In this document: piece after piece, positions 38,531-50,841 of the stretch
How the letters are laid out: each line of letters opens with the position of its first letter
Numbering within the stretch: the stretch's first letter is position 1
NCBI GenBank assembly: GCA_964035545.1
Contig: OZ037772.1
Span: forward strand, 3,191,538-3,255,537
Reading direction: 5' to 3'
Length of the DNA: 64,000 nt
Origin: Bugula neritina
Lineage: Eukaryota > Animalia > Bryozoa
The notes under the pieces: generated by a model
Database searches by the model: none
Told to the model about the DNA's origin: nothing
Seen by the model: only the letters and a program-made list of their open reading frames with translations
Program-made: the position numbers and the translations under genes

Positions 38531-39933
38531 ATGATATCTATACGTATACAGGCTACTGCAATGTACTTGATGTACAAAGGAAGATAATTTTTGTAACTTC
38601 TTTTTTAACTAACCATGTAAAACTCTTTCAGATTCTAGAAGCAAGCTAAATGCTAAAGCTAACTCAATATTTATCCATTTGCCTAGTTGAATTGAATGAT
38701 GTACACCTCACTCCAGTCAATATTGATATGGTTTACAGAAATAAATCCAAAAAGTCTATTATTGTCAAGTTTATTCAGACTCATATCTGTCAGGACTTCA
38801 TAAGATCATTCAAGGCTAAGAAAAACAAGTCACTTACTAGTAAAGAACTTGGTTATAAAACTGCATCTAAGATATATATCAATGAATACCTCTTATACCC
38901 AACTAGACAACTGTTCCACAAAGTCAGAGAATATAAGAAAGAGAATAACTTCAAATTTGCTTGGACAATAAACCAAAAAGTCTTCTTGAGAGAAACGGAA
39001 GGTTCCAAAGCCATTCACATTAAGTCCCTATCTGATCTCTAAGATGCTTAAGACGCCAGTATTTATATAATCGAAATTGTTTTTCATATTCTAACAAAAT
39101 GGAACTTTGTAATACCAGCAAACATTTCACTATAGATGACCTAAACAATATTTCTTGTAATGATTTTCGAGTGCTTCACTGCAATATACGCAGCCTTAGA
39201 AAAAACTTCAATAACCTTTTGGAATTACTCTCAATTGTAAATTGTTCTTTTCATGTTATTGCCATAAGTGAAACTTTTCTCTACTCCAACGAATGCAATT
39301 ACTTTCCGATTTCAAATTACTCTTATATAGGCTCATGCCGTGACTCCAGAGCAGGTGGATGTGGGATATATGTGCACAGTGGCCTGGCTGTAATTGAAAA
39401 ACTAGAGCCATTAATTGAGGGTTCAGAGGCAATCTCTTTGTTAGTGGCCGGCTTGGATGAAGTCCCATTACGTATTACTGCCATATATAGACAACCTTCG
39501 TCTGACACTGATAGGTTCACTGATGACCTGCACAATTTTTTACACTCTATTTCTCATGCTGATCACAATCACATTATCACTGGTGATATTAATAGTGTGG
39601 TGGCTCGTGGAGCTACCAGCAACACAATACGCGAGGTTGCGTATTGACCCGGAACAATGTATTAGCCAATTAACTAAGCTGTTTGATAAGTAATAGTAGC
39701 CGCTTCGCGCTACTAGCTCAGTTGAGGATAGTGCTGTAAACTAAATAGACGTGCGTATCATTACTGTTGTACATTGGATTTTTATTATGTATTCTTGTAT
39801 TAAATATAACGATATCTACTCGACTTAACTGGTGAAGTTTCTCTAGTGTTAAATAGACTCTCTTGGTGGCACATCAACCCTAAAACTGAAAACTATAACA
39901 GTGGTGGCAGCAGTGGGATAGTGTATATCAAAG

Positions 39934-42900
39934 ATGGAGACTGAAAATGCTAGAATGCAACCACCCCCAGTAGAAGGTGAGCGTAGAAATGCTGTTAATC
40001 CTGTGAATCATGAAGGAGAAGAAGCTTATAGACATTGCTTGAAAGCTCCCACCTTTACTGGGTCGGAAGATGTCGAACAATTTATACAAGAATTTAGAGA
40101 GGTAATGGAAGTTGCTCAATGGCCGCATAGAGTGGCCCTTATCCAATTGCGGAGGGCGGTGACGGAGCAAGCCAAGCCGTACGGAGTGGGAACGGACGTA
40201 GACGGCATACTGGCTGCGCTGCGGGCCCGTTTTCGCACCTCCGTCATAGACGCTAGGACCAAGCTGAAGAGATTGTGCCGCACCCCGCGGACCTCGCTGC
40301 AAGAACATGCCGCGACGGTGAAGAAGCTGGCGCAGATTGCATATAGCGATCTGCCAGCACAACACCAAGAGCGTTACACCTATGACGCCTTTGTCCAGTC
40401 CCTAAACGACCTGGGCCTAGACCATCACCTACGAGCTAAAGGGATAACCCGAATAGAGGATGCCCTGAAAGCTGGAGAAGCTTACCTGTTGGCTACCCAA
40501 ATGCATCGAGCACAAAGGAACCCCCCAGTAGTTGGAGTCAGCGCTGCCAGGGCTACGACAGGCTCCGAAGCCCTCCCGCTGGAAGCCGAAGTGGACCGCA
40601 TGGTAGAGATGCTGGGACAATTGGTAACCATTCTGGCCGGTGAAATGGAGCCAGAAGGCCCAGTGGAGAGGCCCAAACCCCGCCGGCACCAACCTCGCCG
40701 CCGGAAGGCCCGTAAACCACGGGTAAAACCCCCGCCGCCCTGTCAAACCAGGACAGCACATGCGAGGGGGTGAAAGTACAACCACATGGAGAGAGCTATT
40801 TCCTACCCGGAAAGGTGGCCGGCAACGCCGTCACTTTCCTGCTCGACTCCGGTTGTACTACCAACCTTCTCAGTCGGAGAGTCTTTGAGGCACTGCCCCG
40901 CCGGGACAGGGATAGAGTACGACCGTATACTGGAGAACATGGCACCCTGGCAGACGGGTCATGTATCCCCTTTTATGGTATTATCGAGCTCCCTGGGCGT
41001 GTCCGAGATCAGGCTGTACAGGAGACCTTTATCATAGGTCAACTGGAAGAAGATGCTATCCTCGGAATGCCCTTCTTGAAGCAACACCAGTGCCGAATAG
41101 ATTTCAGTAAGTCGGTGGTGCTGATGGGCGGGCGAGAACTCGCCTGTGTGGATAAGTTTGGGCGTCCCCTGGTGGGCGGTGTTCAGGTAGTTTGACACTG
41201 CACCGTACCCGGACGCTCCAGAGCTACTATCCACTGCCGAGTGAACAGCCACCGGATAGCCAGGCTCGGGGTCGTTGAAAGCGCGCACGAAAAGATCCAA
41301 CTCGCCAGTAGTTTAAACCGACTAACTGAGCGAGGGGAGGTCTTAGTGCAGTGCATCAACCCCTTTACCGAGCCCATTGAGCTCCCAGCTGGGTCAATGC
41401 TGGGCCGGTTCCACTCCGTCCAGGAAGAGGACGTGGGCCCGTCGCTGGGTGACGCGACGGAGGCACCCCCTCGACACCCTATTCAGGGACGAGGGACAGT
41501 CCCAACACATCTCCGGGAGTTATACGAAACAGCCAGTGGCGGCTGCGCGAGTAACAGAGAACGCCGAGCTATGGCCAAGTTACTACGCGACTACGGTGAT
41601 GTGTTCAGCAGCGGAGAGCATGACGTGGGACTGACTGGAATTGTCAGACACGAAATACCGCTGACTGCAGGGACAGCCCCTGTCCGGCAGCCCACGCGCA
41701 GGCTGGGGCCGGAGAAAGAGAAGGAGGTTAGCCGACAAGTACGGGATCTTCTGGACCGGGGACTGATAGAGCCCGCCCATAGTGCGTGGAGCTCGCCAGT
41801 CGTACTGGTCCGGAAGAAAGACGGCAGTTGGCGGTTCTGTGTGGACTACCGCAAACTCAATAGCGTAACCATACAGGACGCCTACCCTCTACCTCGTATT
41901 GACGAGTCATTGGACGCCCTAGCCGGCAGCAAGTACTTCAGTACGTTAGACTTGCTAAGCGGCTATTGGCAGGTTCCTCTGAGTCCCGACGCCCAAGAGA
42001 AAGCGGCGTTTATCACACGGGACGGTTTGTGGAAGTGGAAGGTGCTGCCTTTCGGGTTAACCTCCGCCCCAGCCACCTTCCAGAGGCTGATGGAACAAGT
42101 CCTTAGCGGACTCCATTGGAAGACACTGCTGGTCTACCTCGATGATGTCATCATAATCTCTCCAGACTTCGAGACACATGTCAGTCGTCTGCAGGAGGTT
42201 TTCGAGAGACTCCGAGGTGCCGGTCTTAAGCTCAAACCTTCCAAGTGCGCTCTGTTGCAGCCGGAGGTCAAGTACCTGGGGCACGTTGTCGGTCAAAACG
42301 GCGTGGCAACGGATCCCGAAAAGGTACGGGCAGTAGAAGACTGGGTCACCCCCCAAGACTTGACCGGACTCCGGGCTTTCTTGGGGCTGGTAGGGTATTA
42401 CAGGCAATACATACCAGACTTTGCGGGCATAGCCCAGCCGTTAAACCGGCTTTCCGCAAAGGGAGTGACGTGGCAGTGGACCCCAGTCAAACAAGAAGCG
42501 TTCGACCGCCTCAAGGGCTGCCTCCTAACGGCGCCCATCTTGGCCTACCCAGACCCCACTCTGGAGTACATCCTAGACACGGACGCCAGTGACCAGAATG
42601 TTGGCGCTGTGCTGTCACAAGTGCAGGAAGGCCGAGAAGTAGTAGTAGCCTACTACAGCAAGTCTCTCTCTCCCGCTGAACGAAATTACTGCACTACCCG
42701 CAAGGAGCTGCTGGCAGTAATCAAGTCAGTGAAGCACTTCAGACCATACCTATATGGCAGGAAGTTCCGGCTGCGTACGGATCATGCCTCGCTGATCTGG
42801 TTATGCAGGACAGCAGAGCCCTCTAGTCAGGTCGCCCGGTGGCTCGAAATCCTAGCTGAATTCTCATACCGGATCGAACATCGACCGGGCAAGAGACACA

Positions 42901-45045
42901 GCAATGCGGATGGGTTGAGTCGCCGACCTGACGGAGGTTGCAAACAGTGTCTCAACATCGAGAGGAAGGATGGAGGTCCCCCGCGATGCGAGTTGGAGAC
43001 GCTGGCTCATCACGGAGCACCGTTTGACTGGGATCAAGGTCAACTCAGGCAAAGAGTTGATGAGTCCCCGGAAGATGTACAAAACCTCCGCGCCAACCCT
43101 GTACTGGCCGGTAATGTTCGAGAGCTGAAGAAGCTCCAAGAAGAGCTGCCTGGAGTCGTGGCAGACATATACCGGGCCAAAAGGGAAGGGCGACGACCCA
43201 GCGAGGAACGCATACGACAGGGATGCGCCGAGTTCCGGCTATACTTTCAGCGTTGGGACTCGCTGCGGATCGGGCAGGATGGGTTGCTAACCATCTCTCT
43301 AGCTGCCAGCGGTAGACACCCAGAAAGGAAGAGGGTAGTCTGCCCCACAGCCATCCGCCGTGAGTTGATTTGGGATACTCACAAGCAGGCCCACGCAGGG
43401 GTCAAGCGAGTGATATCCAAATTACGACTCCGGTGGTATTGGCCGCAGATGGAGCGTGACGTCCGGCTCAGAGTCAAACAGTGTGAGATCTGCCAGGCCA
43501 GTAAGCATAGCCGCCCCCCTGGTGAAGCAGGACGGCGGAGGCTATATGCTGGTAGGCCCTGGCAAGTAGTCGCTGTAGACCTGGTCGGACCCATGCCCCT
43601 GACCCCCAGAGGCAATAATTGGATCCTAGTACTAACCGACCACTTTACTAGGTGGGCGGATGCTCTGGCCATCCCAGATGCATCAGCCCCAACAGTGGCC
43701 AGGGCGCTAGACCAACATGTATTCTGTTATTTTGGGCTTCCCGAACAGATACACTCTGATCAAGGCGCTCAATTCCAGTCTCAACTGATGAGCGACCTTT
43801 GCCACCTCTGGGGAGTAAATCAGAGCAGGACCACCCCCTACCACCCTCAAGGTAACGGGGTGGTGGAGCGCAACAACCGGATGCTAGGTGATGCGCTCCG
43901 GAGTCTCCCCCTTGGACGAGGTCAAGAGGAATGGGATACGGTGTTGCCGCAAGTCATGCGTGCATATCGTAGCACCCCACACACCAGTACTGGTGAGACC
44001 CCAAACCTCTTGATGCTCGGGAGAGAGACTCGTGTCCCTGACCATCTCACCTATCACGTTCCAGAGCAAGACAACTCGGTTCATGAGTATGCCAGTGAAC
44101 TAGTGGAACGGATGAAGGCCGCACACGATATACTGCGTCAACAGCAGTGGAAGGTGCGGCACGAAGATTCCGATGAACCCCCTCTCTATCAAAGGGGAGA
44201 TAAGGTGTGGATGGTCAAATACCGTAGGCGCCGCGGACAGGCTGAAAAGCTGAAGCCTAAGTTCGTAGGCCCCTACGTGGTCGTCGAGGCTATGCCCAAT
44301 CATACGTACAAGATTGAGCGCTCAGGACAGGTGTCTATCCAGAATGAGTCTCGCTTGAAACCGTATTGGGCTAGCCCTGACGGAGTGGGAGAAGCCCCTC
44401 CCGTTGTTAGAGCCCAGGAGGCAGACAACGACACGCGGGCAACGGCGGCATGGACCTGAATACGAAGTGGTCATACCGCGGGAGGAAAACTTGGTGAGAG
44501 AGGAGCGGCAGCTTTTGTCAACAGAAGCGTGTCCGCCACCGCCAAATCTAATTCCATCACTTCCAGAAACCGAGCCGGTTCCGGAAGTGCAAACCCCCAC
44601 GGAGGGAGGGGCTCCATCCGGAGAACAAGAAGAGGTGACCACTAACGGTGAAGTAGAGACGCCATTAGAGGCCCCTACTAACGAACCGGCAAGCGTGTCA
44701 CCCCCCTTAGAAAGGGGACAGCGTACGAGGAAACCCCCACCGTATTTGAAAGACTTCATATGTGACTGCATTAGAAGCGGCGCACATGAAAGTCTAGGGG
44801 AAAACCGTACGATAAAATGTTGGAGTTGTGAACCCCACGCAAATATCAACTTTTGCGAGGGCGGAATAGTGGGAGGAATTAATGCGCGTAAAGCAAATAG
44901 TTCCGACCTCGTGCCTCAGAAACGATGCTCAGCCTTTTTTTATGCTGACATCGCCAAAGGCAGACGTATCTCACAACCAGCTCCAACCTTACCAAGAACG
45001 TTGTGTATGGACATTAATACCGAGTTCCCAGGTAAGCCAGTATAA
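39934..45045 (+). pseudogene. gag-pro-pol of copy 2: gag end and frameshift signal deleted, stop at 41193, RT-RH-IN open (41241-44459), tail ORF 44404-45045
   Basis: Junction ctggccggtg|aaatggagcc at ~40642 compared with copies 1 and 4. Domain motifs as in copy 1. Confidence 0.92.
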
Positions 45046-46136
45046 GTCTTGTATTCCTATTCATGGAAACGGGCTCGATGCCAGTAAATTCTGAACTAAT
45101 TCAGCAGATTGAATCAGAATTACTGGGAACCACGTTTCATGTGAATGACGATGAAAACACTGTAATGGCCGACGGTCTGTTAGACCTGGAGCTAGACACT
45201 GTTCTTGGTCAGTCCACACATGATTCATCAGTTCCTCGAGTGCATTCCAAAAGCTGTGACTCTCAGGCTAGCAACGGTCGACAGTCACTAGAATTATGTT
45301 GTAAAGATCCATCGCGATCTAACAATAATTCTACTTTTGTAGACACACTCGCGCCCGTCTCTACGGGCATGCCTTCTCTAGAGATGGCGTGGGACCCAGA
45401 GCCGGCCCCAACAACTCCTACAACCAGGCAACTGCCACCCCAGTTGGAAGCAACCTCCAACTGGATTACCCCTGCCACAGAGAGAGGAATCAGGACCCAT
45501 CAAGGAGGTGAGAGTAATCGTGAATGCAACCTCTGCCAGCAGCGATTCACAACCCACCGCAGACTAAAAGTACACTTGCCGCAGCACTACATCACCACTT
45601 TCTGCCCTTGCGGAGAATATAGCTACAATCGTGATTACCTACTGCGGCACCAACGTACTATGCAGTGCTATCAAGGGCATGTCTATGAAGTAGACGAATC
45701 ATCATATCCTGCCTTTCTCAACGCCATCAAACCACTCATCACTGATTCAGCTCGGCTATCTCGCCTGGAGCAAGGCTTCCCTTCCCCGCGACCCATCATC
45801 TCTGGAGCCGCAGATAAACCTACACAGTCTACTAACTCTCCACCTCACAGTCCTATACGCATGCCGCATACCTTTCCTCGTGTCGTACTACAGAGAGTAG
45901 ACACAAATGCGTATACACTCCCTCCTCCCCTTCCATCCTCAGAGCGGAAAAGACACAGGCAGCCAACTTCCTCTCGCTCGTCCCCCTGGGCCCGTAACCT
46001 ACGTGAGGTAGAAGCTAGGGCGCATGACTTGGAGCAAGAAGTGTACAGGCTGGCCCCACGGGTACAGGCAGCATCCAGTGAACTCAAATATTTACAGGAG
46101 TCCATTAAACGCATGAAGCGTGCGGCCCGCAGTTAA
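45007..46136 (+). CDS. Accessory ORF3, intact; predicted exons 45007-45031 and 45343-46136; unspliced ORF 45063-46136
   Basis: Same splice signals as copy 1. CNLC-x12-HLPQH and FCPCG-x11-H-x5-C are intact. Confidence 0.82.
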
Positions 46137-49100
46137 CTCGAGTCTACCTACAACTCCCTACTACTCATTCCCCTACCTCTCTCTGGCATTCCCTACCGTA
46201 ATGGTGGCACGTACTCTATATGTAGATAGGACCTTCTCTTGCTTATTACTTAGTGCACGTTATATATACCTGTATATTTTTTACCAGTTGTTGTTTTTTT
46301 ATATACTTTTATACTGTTCTCTTACCCCCCCACAACGAAGTATACGTTTTTTATGTGAATCTTATTTTATCAGAAAGTGGGCTTTCTGCTGGAGGGGGCA
46401 GTGTGGTGGCTCGTGGAGCTACCAGCAACACAATACGCGAGGTTGCGTATTGACCCGGAACAATGTATTAGCCAATTAACTAAGCTGTTTGATAAGTAAT
46501 AGTAGCCGCTTCGCGCTACTAGCTCAGTTGAGGATAGTGCTGTAAACTAAATAGACGTGCGTATCATTACTGTTGTACATTGGATTTTTATTATGTATTC
46601 TTGTATTAAATATAACGATATCTACTCGACTTAACTGGTGAAGTTTCTCTAGTGTTAAATAGACTCTCTTGGTGGCACATCAACCCTAAAACTGAAAACT
46701 ATAACAATATTGATATACTTAAGCAAGAATCTGATAGCTACACTGACCTATTACATCAATACAGCTACACTCATTTAATAAAGCACCCAACTCGCACTAC
46801 CCAAACCTCCAGCTCTTGTATAGATCACATAGCCATAAATTTCTACAGTAGTAACGTCATTAGTGGTACACTTGATAAAGATATCTCAGATCACTTTCCG
46901 GTATTTGCCTTTTTTGAGAATCTTGTGCAACCTAAATCTCAAACCTTCAAAAGACGCAGTTATAGATCACTTTGTGATATACAGCTAAAACAAGAGTTTC
47001 AAAACTGTGACTGGAGCAATCTAGTATTTAAACATAATGATCCAATAGTAGCATACAGAAATTTCTTGAACGAAACATCTCATATATTTAACAAATTAGC
47101 ACCTTTTCAAGAAAGGACTTTCCATTTCAATAGAAAAAAGGTGAATAACTGGATCACGGATCGTTTAAAAAAAGAAATTCACAAAAAAGACAGGCTTTTT
47201 TCACAACACAAAGCTTTTCCATACAGCCCAAAACTTAAGCAAGCGTACATTAAGCAAAGAAACAAAGTATCAACCTTAATTAAACAAGCCAAGTATAACT
47301 ACTATGATAAGCTGATTTCTAACCAAGCAGACTCCAGAAAGCTTTGGAATACAATTAACAATGCTTGTGGAAGAAAATCAACCTCTCCAAGCTTCCCAGT
47401 AAAGCTAAAAGCTGACTCAGAAATCATTACCCACCATACAGAAATAGCAAACTATATAAACAATTAATTCACTAACATTGGAAAGAACTTAGCCGATAAA
47501 ATACCAAGTGTTCCTGAGATCCCAGTCAATGCTAAAGATTATCCTTCATTTTATTTCCAGCTGGTAGACAAAAACAGAGTTTTAACTGAACTAAAAAATT
47601 TGAATGAAAATAAATCAGAAGGCTTAGACTTGATCCCAGCGAGGCTAGTTAAACAAAGTGCAACTTACCTTTGTCAGCCTCTCACACATATTATAAACTT
47701 GATAATTAAATCAGGTGTCATTCCTAATGAACTGAAAGTAGCCAAGATTTTGCCATTTTACAAAAATAAAGGTGACAAACTTTTATGTAGTAATTATCGG
47801 CCTATCTCAATACTTCCAGTTTACTCTAAAATACTTGAAAAAATAATCTGCAAGCAATTAAATGAACATTTAAACCTACACAAAATTTTGTCGGTTTCTC
47901 AATTTGGCTTCCAACAGAAGAAGGGTGCACAAGACGCACTGATTAAGTTTTCAGACCAATCCTTCAAAGCACTTAATGACTCATCAGTAATATTGGGTAT
48001 TTTCATTAATTTCTCAAAAGCATTCGATACAATCAACCACAATATTTTGCTACAGAAACTACGAGATTACAATTTTGATTCTCACTCCATAAGTTTAATC
48101 CAAAACTACTTGACCAATCGAACACAGCATGTTATAATAGAGAACAGTATATCCAATTCCTTGCATATTACCTGTGGAGTTCCCCAGGGCTCTATCTTGG
48201 GCCCTGTGCTCTTTCTGCTGTACATAAATGATTTAGCTACCCATTGTCCTTTATTTGATACTATTCTGTTTGCAGACGACACAAATCTTTTTTGGAAGAG
48301 CAAAGATTTAAATGCTGATATTGGACATATAAACTCCTCACTAAATAAAGTTAATAACTGGTGCATTGCAAACAAACTAACTCTAAACTTAACGAAAACA
48401 AACTATATCATTGTTAAAAACTACCAAAAGAATTTTGCACTTAGCAGTCCCATCCATATTGACAATATACCTCTCTCGCCTAGCTCAGAAATAAAATTTT
48501 TAGGTGTAGTCATCGACATTAACTTAAACTGGTGTGCTCATATAAATTCTTTAAGGACTCAGCTCAACAAAGTAACTGGTATGATATACTTAGCTTTAAA
48601 GTTTTTACCATACAAAGCTTTGATTTTATTATATAACAGTCTGATAAACAGCAAACTTACATATTGCTTAGAAGCCTGGGGAAATGCCCCTAAAACCCAC
48701 CTGAACAAGTTGCTGTTAATTCAAAAACGCATTATTCGCATTATTTTCCACAAATCACCTACTGAAATTCTTCCTATTGATCTCTTGTATATCTACCGTC
48801 TATGTCTTCTTGGTCATTCAGCTTATTATACTCCATCTCACACCAAACAACCACCAACTTACCTCACCAGACATTCTGAACTTTCCTTACCCTTACCTCT
48901 CTCTACCTCCGCAGCAGGTCATCGTCAAGTGTCCTACCAGATGTCTAGCAATTGGAATAAACTACCTCCGACTTTAAGACATCATCAAAGCTTTGCCACA
49001 TTTAAAATATTGTTGAAAAAGCACCTACTAAAATTTTTTCAACTGCCACTTGGGCCCCGCTCCTTGAATAGCTATGCTACTGAGCACATGGGCCCCCATC

Positions 49101-49752
49101 TTGATATTATATATAAATTGAATTTAGCTCTTTTTGTGTTACTGTTGTATATTTGTATTTTTTGTCCTTTTGTTTTTTTGTTTTTTTTTGATGGAAATAA
49201 AGAAAACAAAACAACAAAACAGAAGTAAACTTTAATTCAGTAATAAGTTTAAAATAAATTGTTGTTTGGCATTGTACAGTCTATTATTGCCTGAATATTG
49301 TTATGAGAGTATTGCTTGACAATATCAGTGCAGCGACATGATTGGCTTGACAGTATCAGTGCAGCGACATGATTGGTTTAACAATAGCAGAGCAGGGATT
49401 TGATTGGCTTAACAATTTCAGTGCAGCGATGTGATTGGCTACTCTGTTCTGTTCTGCAGGGCTTCAGAGAAGACGAGGGGAAACGGGATTGCCCTGTGCT
49501 GTAGGAGATGCTGGAAAACCCGCACCTCAATGTCCAATGGGAGAGAGCCGGTCGACTGGGCTCAAGAGATTCCTCGGACCAGTCGGTGCTCCTGGTTATC
49601 CTGACCTGCAAGAACCGAGGTTGGTGAATAGTATCTTTGTGGGGCTCACTGCTTGTGTGGGAGTCATCTCCTCTGAAATATTTATAAGTGTAGCTTGAGT
49701 TCCTTGCCTTGTGTTATCAGTTAGCCACGCCTAGGTGTTTCACAGTTTATTA

Positions 49753-50097
49753 CAGGGTTGGGGTAATTGTAATTGGTCGTATCTAATTACATTGTTTCAG
49801 GTAATTGAATGTAATTTGTGATTGATGTATAAAAATGTAATTGTAATTGTAATTAATTACTTATCTAATGTAATTGATTTTAACAATTACTTTACAATTA
49901 CATCTCAATTACTTCAACTTTTTAAATCTTAAGAAATTCATTTTTTTAACATGCCTACTGTTAAATAACAAGTTTAGATTAAGTCAATGTAGTATAGTAT
50001 CAGTGTTGAGAACAAAGGAGGTTCACCCCTGGCGAAATTGCCCCTGCTAGTTGGACCCTAGAAGTGAAATTGCATGTAATTGACCCCAACAACCCTG
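49753..50097. mobile_element. hAT-like MITE
   Basis: Termini cagggttggggtaatt / aattgaccccaacaaccctg, with 8-bp flanks gtttatta / atttatta (7/8 match). Confidence 0.75.
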
Positions 50098-50710
50098 ATT
50101 TATTATGAAACTCATACTTTTATTGTTCAAGGTCTAGATGTATTCTCCACCATGTTTTTACTAAAAGTAAACTTTAATTCAGTAATAAGTTTACAATAAA
50201 TTGTTGTTTGGCATTGTAGAGTTTATTGTTGCCTGAATATTGTTATGAGCGACATGACTGGCTTGACAATACCAGTGCAGCGATGTGATTGGCTTGACAG
50301 TATCAGAGTAGTCATGTGATTGGCTACTCTGTTCTGTTCTGCAGGGCCATGCCTACTTGTATTATGTGTTAATCTTGTTTTGCAGTGAACAGAAAAGGAG
50401 AATGGGTCATAAAAGACACCCGAGATCTTACCGAACTGATGGAGAGGAAGGGTTCACCCGATGTTGATGGCCTGCCTGGTATATCCGGCAAGCCTGGAGA
50501 TGCAGGAGAAAGAAGACCACCTTGTTTCCCAGGAGATACCGAACTTTTTGGAGAACCAGGTGATGTTTACGCACAATTGAGTTCAATCTGTCAAGTTAAG
50601 TTGGGATCTTTTTCGTTTTCATTATTTTATGTTTGTTATGTGGAAAAGGGAAAACTCTATCTCGGAGCATTTTTGTATTTTCAGAGAGCTTTGGATTATT
50701 TGATTATGGT

Positions 50711-50841
50711 CTACACAGGGGTGTAGACAAACTAAACTACACAGGGGTGTAGACAGACTAAACTACATAGGGGTGTAGACAGACTAAACTACGCAGGGGT
50801 GTAAACAGACTAAACTACGCAGGGGTGTAAACAGACTAAAC
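50711..50841. repeat. 26-bp tandem repeat, 5 copies
   Basis: ctacacaggggtgtagacagactaaa units. Confidence 0.92.

Larger units (their letters stand above)
39596..46706 (+). mobile_element. Gypsy family A copy 2
   Basis: 305-bp LTRs at 39596-39900 and 46402-46706 appear identical. Flanks ATAG/ATAT, tRNA-Leu PBS, PPT ggagggggcag. Confidence 0.96.
38630..49220 (+). mobile_element. CR1/L2-group LINE, 5'-truncated, interrupted by Gypsy copy 2
   Basis: ORF1 C-terminus at 38650-39042 (IYINEYL...FKFAWTINQKVFLR). ORF2 APE endonuclease (LHCNIRS, ISET, ITGDIN|IDIL rejoined across 39595/46707, SCIDH, SDHFPV) and RT (NYRPISIL, KAFDTINH, GVPQGSILGP, FADDT), with a stop at 47465. 3' gggcccc hairpin and an A-rich tail. 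Confidence 0.92.
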
